Both the position numbers and the translations under genes were made by a program. The notes beneath the pieces are model-generated. The model did not search any database, was not told where the DNA came from, and saw nothing but the letters and a program-made list of their open reading frames with translations. Below are positions 49,271-58,622 of a DNA stretch of 64,000 bases, in pieces; the stretch's first letter is position 1, and the number at the start of each line of letters is the position of its first letter. This DNA is from Pseudomonas phage PhiPA3. The stretch lies in sequence record HQ630627.1; one strand, written 5' to 3'.

Positions 49271-49600
49271 ATGGAAGACTTCTACGAAATCAATCTGTTC
49301 CAGGTCGAACGTGTAAAGACCACTATCGGTGACGAGATGGTTGTCGTCGTTCAGGTTGTTACCATGGACAAACGCAAAGCATATGGCGTGCTGGCCGTTG
49401 AAGGTGCTCTGTCCGCTAATGGGGTGATCAAGTTCACTGAGGACCGCCAGTATGCGCGTTACTTCTTCACCGGGTCAGTGGCTAAGGTTTACGCTGAAGC
49501 CTATGCCAATTACCTGCGCTACAACATGGACGAACAAGATTACCTCGACATGAACAGCGGTTACAACTATTCCGAATTCATGAATCTGGTAACCCGCTGA
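49271..49600 (+). CDS. hypothetical early protein
   Basis: track ORF. Confidence 0.5.
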   Translation: MEDFYEINLFQVERVKTTIGDEMVVVVQVVTMDKRKAYGVLAVEGALSANGVIKFTEDRQYARYFFTGSVAKVYAEAYANYLRYNMDEQDYLDMNSGYNYSEFMNLVTR

Positions 49601-49607
49601 GGTAGCT

Positions 49608-50027
49608 ATGGAAAAGATGTTAGAATCGTTCAAGTTCCACAACAAGCATGTTGTGGTGAACTTCGAATATGATGTAAAGAACGACATCTGGCGCCGTGTT
49701 AAGCCCATCGTTCCTATTGGCACTGGTACCGGTAGCATTCCCATTGAAGATCCTGTCGGTGAGCTACTGAACATTCGCTGGGTAGACTGGCAGAAAGCGT
49801 GGCGCGGTGGCGAACAAAAACAATTGTTGGAAGATCGGGTTATCGAACTGAATCCCGAACTAGTCGAAGCTATCCTCGACACTGAATATCTCCAGGAGGA
49901 CTACAATCGCGATGAAGGTCTGGTACAAGTTCGTTACCAGATCTCGAACGATTATCATAATCGTGAGTTCGCTCGCGATTCCGTTAAACGTATCATCGAA
50001 GCCTACAACAAACTCAAGGTGTACTAA
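49608..50027 (+). CDS. hypothetical early protein
   Basis: track ORF; RBS TGAGGTAGCTATG. Confidence 0.5.
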   Translation: MEKMLESFKFHNKHVVVNFEYDVKNDIWRRVKPIVPIGTGTGSIPIEDPVGELLNIRWVDWQKAWRGGEQKQLLEDRVIELNPELVEAILDTEYLQEDYNRDEGLVQVRYQISNDYHNREFARDSVKRIIEAYNKLKVY

Positions 50028-50452
50028 TGAGTCTGGAAAAAAGAGATGAAGCGGTAATTTACACCCATGTTGAAACCGGTGGATTGTACTACCGTAACGG
50101 TATTGCCGAAGGTGGTCATGGAAGACAAGTGGTGTTCACCAGCTACTTCGGCGGTAATGTGATGTACATGAGCGAGGCTGATTTCCAAACGGTAATGAAA
50201 CCAGCTAAAACATACGGCTTACGATTCGCTCGGACCTGGGCACCAGCCAAGTGGATAATGGTTATGTTCGCTGGTCTCATCGTTAGTCTTACCTACTATT
50301 CGATTTCTGGTAAGGTGGTCAGTGTCAATAAGTACGCAGAAGCGCTGACACTCATCATCGTAATTTCCAGTATCATGCGTTATCCGATCACATGGCTGTA
50401 TTTCTGGAAATACAATGGGCGTGAGAAAGGTATCGCTTTCTTCAAAGACTAG
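50027..50452 (+). CDS. membrane protein (2 TM)
   Basis: track ORF; ATGA overlap; TM WIMVMFAGLIVSLTYYSI and ALTLIIVISSIM. Confidence 0.5.
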   Translation: MSLEKRDEAVIYTHVETGGLYYRNGIAEGGHGRQVVFTSYFGGNVMYMSEADFQTVMKPAKTYGLRFARTWAPAKWIMVMFAGLIVSLTYYSISGKVVSVNKYAEALTLIIVISSIMRYPITWLYFWKYNGREKGIAFFKD

Positions 50453-50537
50453 GGGAATTCGACGCTGATGGTTCTCGCGTTATTCATGGACGTCCTGCGT
50501 TAATTCGGTCCGGTTTCACCGGGTCTGTAACCTCCAA

Positions 50538-50582
50538 CTGGGAGCCCTTCGGGGCTCCCTTTTATTTCCTTCTTTTTTTTTT
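50538..50582 (+). terminator. intrinsic terminator GGGAGCCC-TTCG-GGGCTCCC + T-rich tract
   Basis: GC hairpin followed by TTTTATTTCCTTCTTTTTTTTTT. Confidence 0.65.
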
Positions 50583-50606
50583 GTTTTAGGCTAAGACGAC
50601 ATAAAG

Positions 50607-50645
50607 GATAGGGAGAAGCGGTACGTCATGTCCGCTTCTCCCTAT
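50607..50645. repeat. perfect 14-bp inverted repeat ATAGGGAGAAGCGG-(11 nt)-CCGCTTCTCCCTAT in non-coding region
   Basis: read directly; lies in 0.8-kb gene-free zone. Confidence 0.6.
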
Positions 50646-51227
50646 TGCAGCTCCCACGGCCTGATAGGAACCACATAATAACCGGCATCAGATATCTTGA
50701 GCTTCATTTGTGGATGCTCCTCTTGAGCTTAGCATTTTTCACTTCCAGATCTCCAATAACCACAATTGTTCGGCTTACAGGTTTCCAGTCAGGTAGATTA
50801 CCAGCAGTAGGGTATCTAACTTAAAGGAAATCGCAGCTTTGTCTTCACGTAGTATTACTACAGCTGAGTATATTTTTTAATCAATGTCTATTGAGTATTG
50901 TTTTAATAGAGGTTTTTGAAGATTATACTGGGGTTAGTTATGATTCTGTAGACGAAGGAAAAGGATCCTCCGGAGGAGGGGGGTTTTATTTAATAATAAA
51001 CAGAGTTACGTTAGTAACTCATTCCTTATTCTTCTCTTATAAAGTCCTTAGTCTGTTAAACTAAAATCCTTATTCCTAAGCGTAAGCTAAATATACTACA
51101 AGCCTCCCCTCAAAGGGAGGCGTTTATGTTGTATTATATTTTTGTTTAAGTTATTATAAATGTCGACGCTAAGGCCTCTATTTTGCGTTTCTATGCATTA
51201 TCTCCATTAAAGGGTACCGATGGCCAT

Positions 51228-51258
51228 TACGGCATAAAGCTCCCCGTAGGGAGCCGTA
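51228..51258 (-). terminator. minus-strand hairpin GGCTCCC-TACG-GGGAGC + TTTATGCCGTAA
   Basis: reverse complement of 51225-51260; directly downstream of minus-strand 51261 gene. Confidence 0.5.
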
Positions 51259-51260
51259 TG

Positions 51261-51671
51261 TTAAACTACACCAAATACTAGGTCGTAACCACGTTTAGCA
51301 CCATTGCTGGTAATAGCACGGGCATCACTGAGGGTGTAGGACTGTGGAGTGGTAGCGTCTTCGTTAGTAGCGAAGTCGATAATGTAGCCAGCTTGGAACG
51401 CATGTCCCCAACCACTACGAACTTCACCGTTTATTGCAGTACCGAAAACTTTCTGCCATTCTTCACTGGTAACGCGCATGACGTCCAGTAGAACCCATTG
51501 ACGAGCTACTACGAGAATATTGATCGGCTCAGCCTTAATGAACGCTTTGGCAATAACGGTACGCAGTTCTTCCAGCATCGCTTTAACACGATCACGGTAT
51601 TGTTGACGTTCTTTATCTACTTTAGCCATCTGGTCCAGTTCATCAACACTGGGGTATACGTCACAGAGCAT
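51261..51671 (-). CDS. hypothetical protein
   Basis: track ORF, co-oriented with replication module. Confidence 0.5.
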   Translation of the reverse strand: MLCDVYPSVDELDQMAKVDKERQQYRDRVKAMLEELRTVIAKAFIKAEPINILVVARQWVLLDVMRVTSEEWQKVFGTAINGEVRSGWGHAFQAGYIIDFATNEDATTPQSYTLSDARAITSNGAKRGYDLVFGVV

Positions 51672-51746
51672 CTTGAGACCTCCTTTTCTCTTGTTCTACC
51701 ATGACCATTACAGCACGACATAGCGCCTGCATGTCTCTTACTTGAC

Positions 51747-52130
51747 TCATACATCCCCCAACGCTAAACGAACTAGGTCGTCGACGTCTAAATCCCAAAA
51801 GATACGGTTAAACCCAACACAGTCACACCACGCATAATCTCCATCGGGCATTGGCCAAGGTTTCTGGAAGACTTCAACCAGTACATTGTAACGCAGGTAC
51901 AGTTCATGAATCAGACCTTCACGACGCTCATTAACTTCAGCTTCAGAGATCTGATCGATTGGCCACGGGAATCCATTAGAGAGTTCAAACGAAACACTAG
52001 CAATCAGATTACGGATTGCAATAAGGTTCTGACTCGTTGAGTAAATCCGGATGGCCGTAGGACGCCTTTCCCTGGCGTTAAAAAGAATGTAGTTCTTGAT
52101 GCCTGACATCAAGCTGTCGATTGCCGCCAT
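51747..52130 (-). CDS. hypothetical protein
   Basis: track ORF. Confidence 0.5.
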   Translation of the reverse strand: MAAIDSLMSGIKNYILFNARERRPTAIRIYSTSQNLIAIRNLIASVSFELSNGFPWPIDQISEAEVNERREGLIHELYLRYNVLVEVFQKPWPMPDGDYAWCDCVGFNRIFWDLDVDDLVRLALGDV

Positions 52131-52147
52131 TTATTCTTACCTTGTAA

Positions 52148-52180
52148 GGGATTGAATAAAGCCTCCCCGAAGGGAGGCCC
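52148..52180 (-). terminator. minus-strand hairpin GGGCCTCCC-TTCG-GGGAGGC + TTTATTC
   Basis: reverse complement of 52150-52180; directly after helicase exon-2 stop. Confidence 0.5.
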
Positions 52181-52185
52181 TACTA

Positions 52186-52542
52186 TTAATTAGACCAAGC
52201 GTCATCGTCCATACCACCGATAATGCTACCCGGAACAATTTTGAGCGAGTAGTCTTCTTCTTTATCGATGTCCCATGGGATAATGCCACACGAACTGAAC
52301 GGCAGAAGAACATATTGGTCTTCTTCAGACGTCACAGTGTTCCGGTGCTTACCCCGTTGGATGGCGAGATACGATTTGCCTTTCACTTTGATGATGTGGT
52401 GGAACAGTTCTAGGTCAGGTTCCTGACCCAGTCGACGGCAACCGTCATAATAGCCTTTGTTGGCTACAACCTTCACGAAGTCTTCGGTGTTCTCCCGCAT
52501 GAGCTGGAGGGCATCAGAGCCGAGCTGGTGAGGACTGATAAA
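52186..52542 (-). CDS. DnaB-family replicative helicase, exon 2 (C-terminal 118 aa)
   Basis: FISPHQLGS aligns with DnaB VVALSQLNR (H3); EPDLELFHHII...LAIQRGKHRNTVT aligns with EQDADLIMFIYRDE...IIGKQRNGPIGTV (H4). Confidence 0.6.
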   Translation of the reverse strand, partial: FISPHQLGSDALQLMRENTEDFVKVVANKGYYDGCRRLGQEPDLELFHHIIKVKGKSYLAIQRGKHRNTVTSEEDQYVLLPFSSCGIIPWDIDKEEDYSLKIVPGSIIGGMDDDAWSN

Positions 52543-54344
52543 CGTGATACCTCTCGATGTGTTCAGTAAGGTTCGTTACACCTTACCCGCGCCATTATGC
52601 GCAGCTCCAGGCTTTCCCTGGATGTCCAGACTATATCTTCACCCTCGGTTTCCCGATAGGGTGCTTCCCACTTCGAGTTCACTTGAACTCTACTCCCCAC
52701 TACGGGATAGTCGTTGAACCTTCTCCGTGCCTTTCGGTTTAGGAGCTTGGCTGCTGATTGTCCAATTTCTACACTTGTTAAACCTTCATAGACTCCTTTC
52801 GGGTCTATTGTGGTAGTAGAACTCTGAAGGAGTTTCCAGCAATTCAGGAAGTACTCGTAAAGCATTACGGCTTTACGGCCCTAAATAAGTAACCCTTAGT
52901 TTCCTTATTAGTGCTCAGATTTAATCGAATTGTTTTCTCGTTTAGACCGGTTAGACGAGCTGCTTCTTTAATAGAAGCAACCTCAGTTATAACACCGGTA
53001 TTCACGCAGGTAACCAGAATGGCTTTAGCTTGTATTGGCTTGTCGATATACGCCGAATTATCGTACTTATTCGAATCCGTGCGGATTATCCAACGCTTAG
53101 CGTAGATGTATTTCAATCCACGACTTAGGTCGACTTGCAACTCCGCTTTAGATCTCCCACAGTGATTCGCTATCTCCTGTAAAGTAGCGAAGACATGGAG
53201 AGTATTCGTTTCTAGATCACTTACGTAGTAAGGTCCAGACAGATTATTCCTACTGTAATGAATTTCACAGTGCGGAACATGCTCTTTAAAACGAATGACG
53301 AAGTTGTCGATGGTTTCGAACCGATATGGTATTCCATACGCTGTCGCAATCTGTTTTACACGATTGAACTTCCGGCTCTGTCCAGTCCGCGTATCGAAAA
53401 CCGTTATGGTGAATATCGATTTACCAACTTTAAAATCGTTTATATCAACTGTTTCGTAATGCCATGGTGTTAAGTCATCCATGGTTTTTATTTCATACCG
53501 CTTGCCCCAAAGATAACCAGGCAGTTTAGTTTGAAAACTTACAGTTGAGTTACCTACACCAATACCGAGACTTCTGTTCATCTCGCTAATGGACCTGTAC
53601 GCAGTAACTTCTCCAGTTAGGACATCCCTAACCTTCGTACCAATAGGTGTTCCATTAAGACCGACTTCCAATGCATGCTGTGCATTTTCCGAAGCATCAC
53701 ACCATTCTAGGTTAGATACGTCGTTATTGGTCTTAACTCCATCAATATGGTTAACGAGCGGTCTTTTTACGAAACATTCGTTTGGAACCCATGCCAAAGC
53801 TACTAACCGATGAAATTTTACGGTACGATTGCAATTTCGATCGGGTACTCTGATATAACACGTGTAGTAACCTTTATCATCGAGTTTCACATCCGTGATA
53901 ATCGAATTCGTTTTGGTATCTAGCACATGCCCATTGGTATCAATAGCGTATCTTGGGTAGTTTGGTATATGCCTGAACCCATCGCAGTAGTAAATCGGTT
54001 CTGCGAATGTCATTATCTTTCCGCACCTTATTCTCAAAAGCGTGTTGTCCACGTCTTTGAAAATTATTTTGTCAAGGTGTTGGGATAGATTGGGAATGTC
54101 TTCACATTCGTACCAAGCAAGTAGACTGAGCCACTCGACTGTGACTGTATACTTTTTACCAAATAGAACGATATTAACTAATCCATTCTCTTCCGGTAGG
54201 GAAACATGTTTCCCCAATCGGTCAAATATTTGACCGTTTAAATCAATTCGGTATTCTGAACTACCAGGAATCTTTTTAATCACAGCCACACCCCAAGTTA
54301 AAAAATCAACTATAGGATATCTGTAATTAAAGGTAGGTAATTTA
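52543..54344 (-). mobile_element. group I intron in DnaB-like helicase gene, carrying HNH homing-endonuclease ORF
   Basis: core 52543-52870 homologous to intron at 10542-10885 (GUUCAACGACUAUCCCGUA, GAUAUAGUCU, CAGGGAAAGCCUGGAGC, GUAACGAAC); 5' exon ends CCU| with UAA as first intron triplet (same as intron 1); 3' end ...GGUAUCACG|; spliced protein ...NYTTP|FISPHQLGS aligns with DnaB ELNVPVVALSQLNR. Confidence 0.65.
52865..54289 (-). CDS. intron-encoded HNH homing endonuclease
   Basis: HRLVALAWVPN...VNHIDGVKTNNDVSNLEWCDASENAQHA (HNH H-N-H); GTG start in track; lies 5' of intron core. Confidence 0.7.
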   Translation of the reverse strand: MAVIKKIPGSSEYRIDLNGQIFDRLGKHVSLPEENGLVNIVLFGKKYTVTVEWLSLLAWYECEDIPNLSQHLDKIIFKDVDNTLLRIRCGKIMTFAEPIYYCDGFRHIPNYPRYAIDTNGHVLDTKTNSIITDVKLDDKGYYTCYIRVPDRNCNRTVKFHRLVALAWVPNECFVKRPLVNHIDGVKTNNDVSNLEWCDASENAQHALEVGLNGTPIGTKVRDVLTGEVTAYRSISEMNRSLGIGVGNSTVSFQTKLPGYLWGKRYEIKTMDDLTPWHYETVDINDFKVGKSIFTITVFDTRTGQSRKFNRVKQIATAYGIPYRFETIDNFVIRFKEHVPHCEIHYSRNNLSGPYYVSDLETNTLHVFATLQEIANHCGRSKAELQVDLSRGLKYIYAKRWIIRTDSNKYDNSAYIDKPIQAKAILVTCVNTGVITEVASIKEAARLTGLNEKTIRLNLSTNKETKGYLFRAVKP

Positions 54345-55511
54345 AGGAGTGGTATAGTTCCTCATGCGACGGAACAGCAGACGAATATCATCACCTGCTA
54401 CTTTCGCATCCAGACCAGTCTTTGGTAGCATGTTCAGGTAGTCAACCATCAGCATCTGGATTTCGTAACCCTGGGACTGGAGACCATCAAGGTAGTTGGT
54501 GAAACCACCAATGGTAAATTCAGTCGGGTCAAAACGGATCATCTTAACGTTGAAACCGTTCTCTTGCAGACGTGCACAGACATAAGCCGCAGCTTCTCGT
54601 TTGTCGATGTCAGCAACAATGATCTCTTCACCCGTTTCATTCTCACGGATATACTTGTAAATAGTTAGCAAGTTATCAGAGATTTCGTTTTCCAACGTAA
54701 CAAACAGCAACAGAGGCTTCTTCGTCTTGTCACGCATGAACGGACGGTTAAACAGAGCGATGTGCGAGAACAGCAACATTAGCATGTATGACTTGAAGTT
54801 GTGTTGCAGAGCCGCAGTGGTGATAAACTCGCCTCGACGAAATGCCCCCAAGCTACCCAGGATACGGTTAAATCCTTTCCAACCTGTTTTGAATGCACCG
54901 TCAGCAGACAGAGTAGTCTGTACCTGCTCAAAGAAATCTTCTACTGCTTCAGGCTCACTGAAGTCCAAGCAACCCATTTCAGCTGGGTGTCTACTTTCAG
55001 CACGCGCTTTGACATACGGATCGAGCTTAGCGCCCATCTCGTTAATAGCACCAGCGATATCGCCACTACCGCCACGGTTGAAAAGAAGCTTCTGCGAATA
55101 CTCTCGAACGATCTGCTTGATCTTTTCATCATTGAGGTGTGCGTTCAGCGCACTGCGACGAGAGTTGATAGCCCGCATAATGGACATCCCGTCAGGGAAA
55201 TCCTCTTTTACGCCATTGACTACCGCTTCGTACAGATAGTTTTCTTCCCGGCAACTCACTTGTACGGCTTGTAGAACTTCCGCCAAACTCGGGAAATCGT
55301 GCTTTGCTTTACTGTTCAGATCACCGACGAGCTTACGTAGTTCTAAGAACGTTTGCCGACCATGGTCGTGGTCAACAGTGGTATCACGGACTTCCAGTGT
55401 ATTGATGATTTCCGATATCAGTTCAGTTGATGGTGCAGCAGGAGAATCTTCACGGTGTTCCAAGCACAGCAGGGTAACACACTGTACGAGCAGTTGTTTC
55501 GGGGAGGACAT
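54345..55511 (-). CDS. DnaB-family replicative helicase, exon 1
   Basis: Walker B/H2 YEIQMLMVDYLNMLP (DnaB IDYLQLM); Walker A region reads AALQHNFKS (atypical); ends ...RMRNYTTP immediately before intron. Confidence 0.6.
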
Positions 55512-55645
55512 TTACAGCATCCTTGAGTGTGAATTTTTTAATGATGTACCGTGTACCATTTTGTTTCTAGGTAATTTGTCGCTAAAAATAATGCATATTC
55601 CTATGTAGACTGTTTTTAAGCCTTGGTCCACTATAGGTCTTACCG

Positions 55646-56188
55646 ATGATCAAGTTACTCGTTATCCCTGAAGCTGTCTTCGATCAGTATAAAGCTGATG
55701 GCGTGGACTTTAGCAAATTGCTGTGTCCCAACTATATAGCTTCCGTAAGTTCGGTAAACGACCTTGCGGAGATTGATGCGGTTATCAACGAATTTCAGTT
55801 CCCGTTCTGCTCTGCCACTCCGATCGAGAAGGCAGAGAGTCCGGTGGTTGGGATTGCCATTAAGGCGAACTCAGATTGTGATGAACAATTCAAGATGCAA
55901 GAATTGCACAATCGTTTAGAGGAACGAATTGCCACCTTGGCACTCCGGAAAGGTAATGAACCACCTTTTGTAGGCGTTTATTACCTTTATCCTGTAGATG
56001 AGAATCTTTGGGTTGCGGTGCAGAAGAGTCTGCATACAAACAATGTCGATCCTAACCGGCTCTCTCTTAAGGCTAACCATAGCTTCTTCGATAGTATGGT
56101 TAATGAGCTGACGGCGCTACCTGGTTTCAAGTTTGAGCAGGCCGCCAACACCAATCTCTTCACTTATTATCTGGAATCACAAGGCTAA
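55646..56188 (+). CDS. hypothetical protein upstream of capsid gene
   Basis: track ORF; divergent from helicase across AT-rich 130-nt spacer. Confidence 0.5.
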   Translation: MIKLLVIPEAVFDQYKADGVDFSKLLCPNYIASVSSVNDLAEIDAVINEFQFPFCSATPIEKAESPVVGIAIKANSDCDEQFKMQELHNRLEERIATLALRKGNEPPFVGVYYLYPVDENLWVAVQKSLHTNNVDPNRLSLKANHSFFDSMVNELTALPGFKFEQAANTNLFTYYLESQG

Positions 56189-56265
56189 CATCCGGATCAT
56201 TCCTAGCCTTGTAATTGAAAGATATTTGCTAAACCAATACCCATCCTGCGTAGGAAACAACAGAA

Positions 56266-58509
56266 ATGAAACAACTCAAAGACCTGTTCAAGGTTAATGG
56301 TGATTCCAGCCGTACTACCTTTGGCCTGGAAGAATTCGTTGGTCACCTGACCAAAGAAGTAGACTTCGCTGACAGCATCTTCGACGCTGGCACTGGCCTG
56401 GTCAAGTCGATCGGTAACGAAGCTTTCGGTGAAAATGCTGAAGAGCAATCCGCTGCTTCTAGCCTCTACAAGCGCCTGCAAAGCATGGCCAGCAACTACG
56501 GCTTCGAAGCCTTCCAAGCTGACCCGAGTCTGAGCCAAGCTCAGATCCGCGAACAAATCCGTGTTACTGGCAACCAGCTCGCTGCCGGTACCCTCGCTGC
56601 CATCGCTTGCACCGACCAGACCGCTTACATCAAAGCTCTGCGTAAGGTCTCGGTTGAAAGCGTTTCCAACGACAAGAACGTCGTTAACGTTCAACATCGC
56701 TTCGACGGTCCTGCTGGTTCCCTGCAAGTCTTCGAAAACGGCGTTGGCCTGGAAAACTACAACGAGAAATCTCAGCGCGACTTCCGCGTTGTGACCGTTG
56801 GCTACAACCTGGCTGCTTCCCGTCAGGACGAGTTCGCTGAGCGCATCTACCCGACCACCGTTATCAACCCGATCGAGGGTGGCGTGGTTCAGGTTCTGCC
56901 GTACATCGCCGTGATGAAAGACGTTTATCACGCTGTATCGGGCCAGAAGCTTCAGAACGAAGAAGTCAACATGGTAGAAGCCTACCGTGATCCGTCCATC
57001 CTGGACGACGAGTGCACCGCTCTGATCCCGTCGATCGATCCGGCCGGCACCAACCTGAAGTTCTTCATCGACCCGACTCTGGTTGCTCCGACCACCGTCG
57101 TTAACGAACAGAACATGTCCGTCGAGACTGCTCCGCTGAAGCCGGGCATCAAGATCGATCTGATCGGTAACTCCAACGCTAGCCTGCTGATCAACAAAGG
57201 CATGCTGGACATTTCCGACACCATCGACCCCGCTGGTCGTCTGAAAGCTCTGTACGTTAAGTTCCAGGGCAAAGTGATCAAGTTCGCTGTGGATCGCCTG
57301 CCGCGTGCTGTGTTCCAACCGGATCTGGTTGGTGATACCCGTGGTGCCAAGATCGACTTCTGGTCTGACGACCTGACTGTTAGCGCCATCACCCGTACCG
57401 TTGACCAAACTCAAACCGCAGCAATGCAAGAGCTGGAACAGCGTAAGTGGGTTCTGCGTCTGAGCATGCAGTTCAGCGGTCACATCTCCACCAGCCGTGG
57501 CGACAGCCGCTTCACCGTTGGCGAAGTTTCTGTTGATCGCATCACCGACGAAGACCGTCGCAATGTTTCCCTGGAAACTGGCGCTGGTAAGACTCTGGTT
57601 GACAGCATCACTGATCTGGAGATCGTAGGTTTCGACCTGGATACTCGCTTCACCAACACCAACCGTCGTCAGCGTGGCCACCTGCTGCAAACTCGTGCCC
57701 TGCAATTCCGTCACCCGATCCCCATGCACGCTCCGGTTACTCTGCCGCTGAGCACCATGGACGAAGAAGGTCCGGGCGAAGTTGTGAAGGCACTGACCGT
57801 CAACACCAACATCCGTAACAGCAACAACGCTGTTAAACGTCTGCTGAACTACCTGGCTCAGCTGAAAGAAGTTACTGCCAATGGTTTCGACCGTCCGCAG
57901 TTCGGTGCTGTTGAAGGCGCTCTGTCGGCCGTAATGCGTCCGACCTATCGTTACAAAGAGCTGCACTTGCCCGACGTGATCGACACCCTGAAGTCGCAAG
58001 ACCGCTGGGAAGACGTCTGCTCGGCAATCCTGAACGCTGTTAAAGGTGAACTGTTCCCGGCTTACCGTGAATCGAACATCGAAGCTGCGTTCCGCGTGAT
58101 CTCGGGTAACCAAGACGAGCGTCCGATGTTCCTGTTCTGCTCGGACAAAGAGATCGCCAACTACCTGATGACCAAAGGTGATGACCGTACCCTCGGTGCT
58201 TACCTGGAATACGATCTGGTATCGACCAACAACGAACTGTTCGACAGCAAGCTGGTGGTGATCCCGACTCGTAAGAACCCGCAAGAGAACGATATCCTCT
58301 CCTTCGGTCAGTTCTTCTACGTTTCCACCGTCATCGCTGACCTGCCGATCACCCGTGGTGGTCAGCAAGTTACTCGCGAAATCGCGGCCATCCCGTTCAA
58401 CCTGCACGTGAACAACATTCCGTTCGCACTTGAGTTCAAGATCACTGGCTTCCAAGAAGTGATGGGCGAATCTCAGTGGAACAAGACTGTTGCTAGCCTG
58501 AAGCCTTGA
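56266..58509 (+). CDS. putative major capsid protein (747 aa)
   Basis: RBS GGAAACAACAGAAATG; strongest codon bias in window (CTG/GGT/CGT/AAC) suggesting very high expression; length equals the 747 aa recalled for the phiKZ capsid protein; minus-strand 750-aa ORF is its shadow. Confidence 0.55.
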   Translation: MKQLKDLFKVNGDSSRTTFGLEEFVGHLTKEVDFADSIFDAGTGLVKSIGNEAFGENAEEQSAASSLYKRLQSMASNYGFEAFQADPSLSQAQIREQIRVTGNQLAAGTLAAIACTDQTAYIKALRKVSVESVSNDKNVVNVQHRFDGPAGSLQVFENGVGLENYNEKSQRDFRVVTVGYNLAASRQDEFAERIYPTTVINPIEGGVVQVLPYIAVMKDVYHAVSGQKLQNEEVNMVEAYRDPSILDDECTALIPSIDPAGTNLKFFIDPTLVAPTTVVNEQNMSVETAPLKPGIKIDLIGNSNASLLINKGMLDISDTIDPAGRLKALYVKFQGKVIKFAVDRLPRAVFQPDLVGDTRGAKIDFWSDDLTVSAITRTVDQTQTAAMQELEQRKWVLRLSMQFSGHISTSRGDSRFTVGEVSVDRITDEDRRNVSLETGAGKTLVDSITDLEIVGFDLDTRFTNTNRRQRGHLLQTRALQFRHPIPMHAPVTLPLSTMDEEGPGEVVKALTVNTNIRNSNNAVKRLLNYLAQLKEVTANGFDRPQFGAVEGALSAVMRPTYRYKELHLPDVIDTLKSQDRWEDVCSAILNAVKGELFPAYRESNIEAAFRVISGNQDERPMFLFCSDKEIANYLMTKGDDRTLGAYLEYDLVSTNNELFDSKLVVIPTRKNPQENDILSFGQFFYVSTVIADLPITRGGQQVTREIAAIPFNLHVNNIPFALEFKITGFQEVMGESQWNKTVASLKP

Positions 58510-58622
58510 GCTGGAAAGGGAACACTCCGATACATGGAGAATGGCAACGTCCGTTATCTTGAAGACGGAGTGGCCCGCCGCTTAGACACTCCCGTGATCT
58601 AACGCGGTAAAAGAACGCATAG

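Noticed and set aside
52563-52865. 100-aa ORF overlapping the intron-2 core (and 60-aa ORF 10655..10837 in intron 1)
   Set aside because: Both run through conserved structured intron core; their shared GQSAAKLL peptide just reflects conserved RNA sequence.
56203-58455. 750-aa minus-strand ORF opposite the capsid gene
   Set aside because: Antisense shadow of a strongly codon-biased gene; no RBS, low-complexity translation (V/G/D/L repeats).
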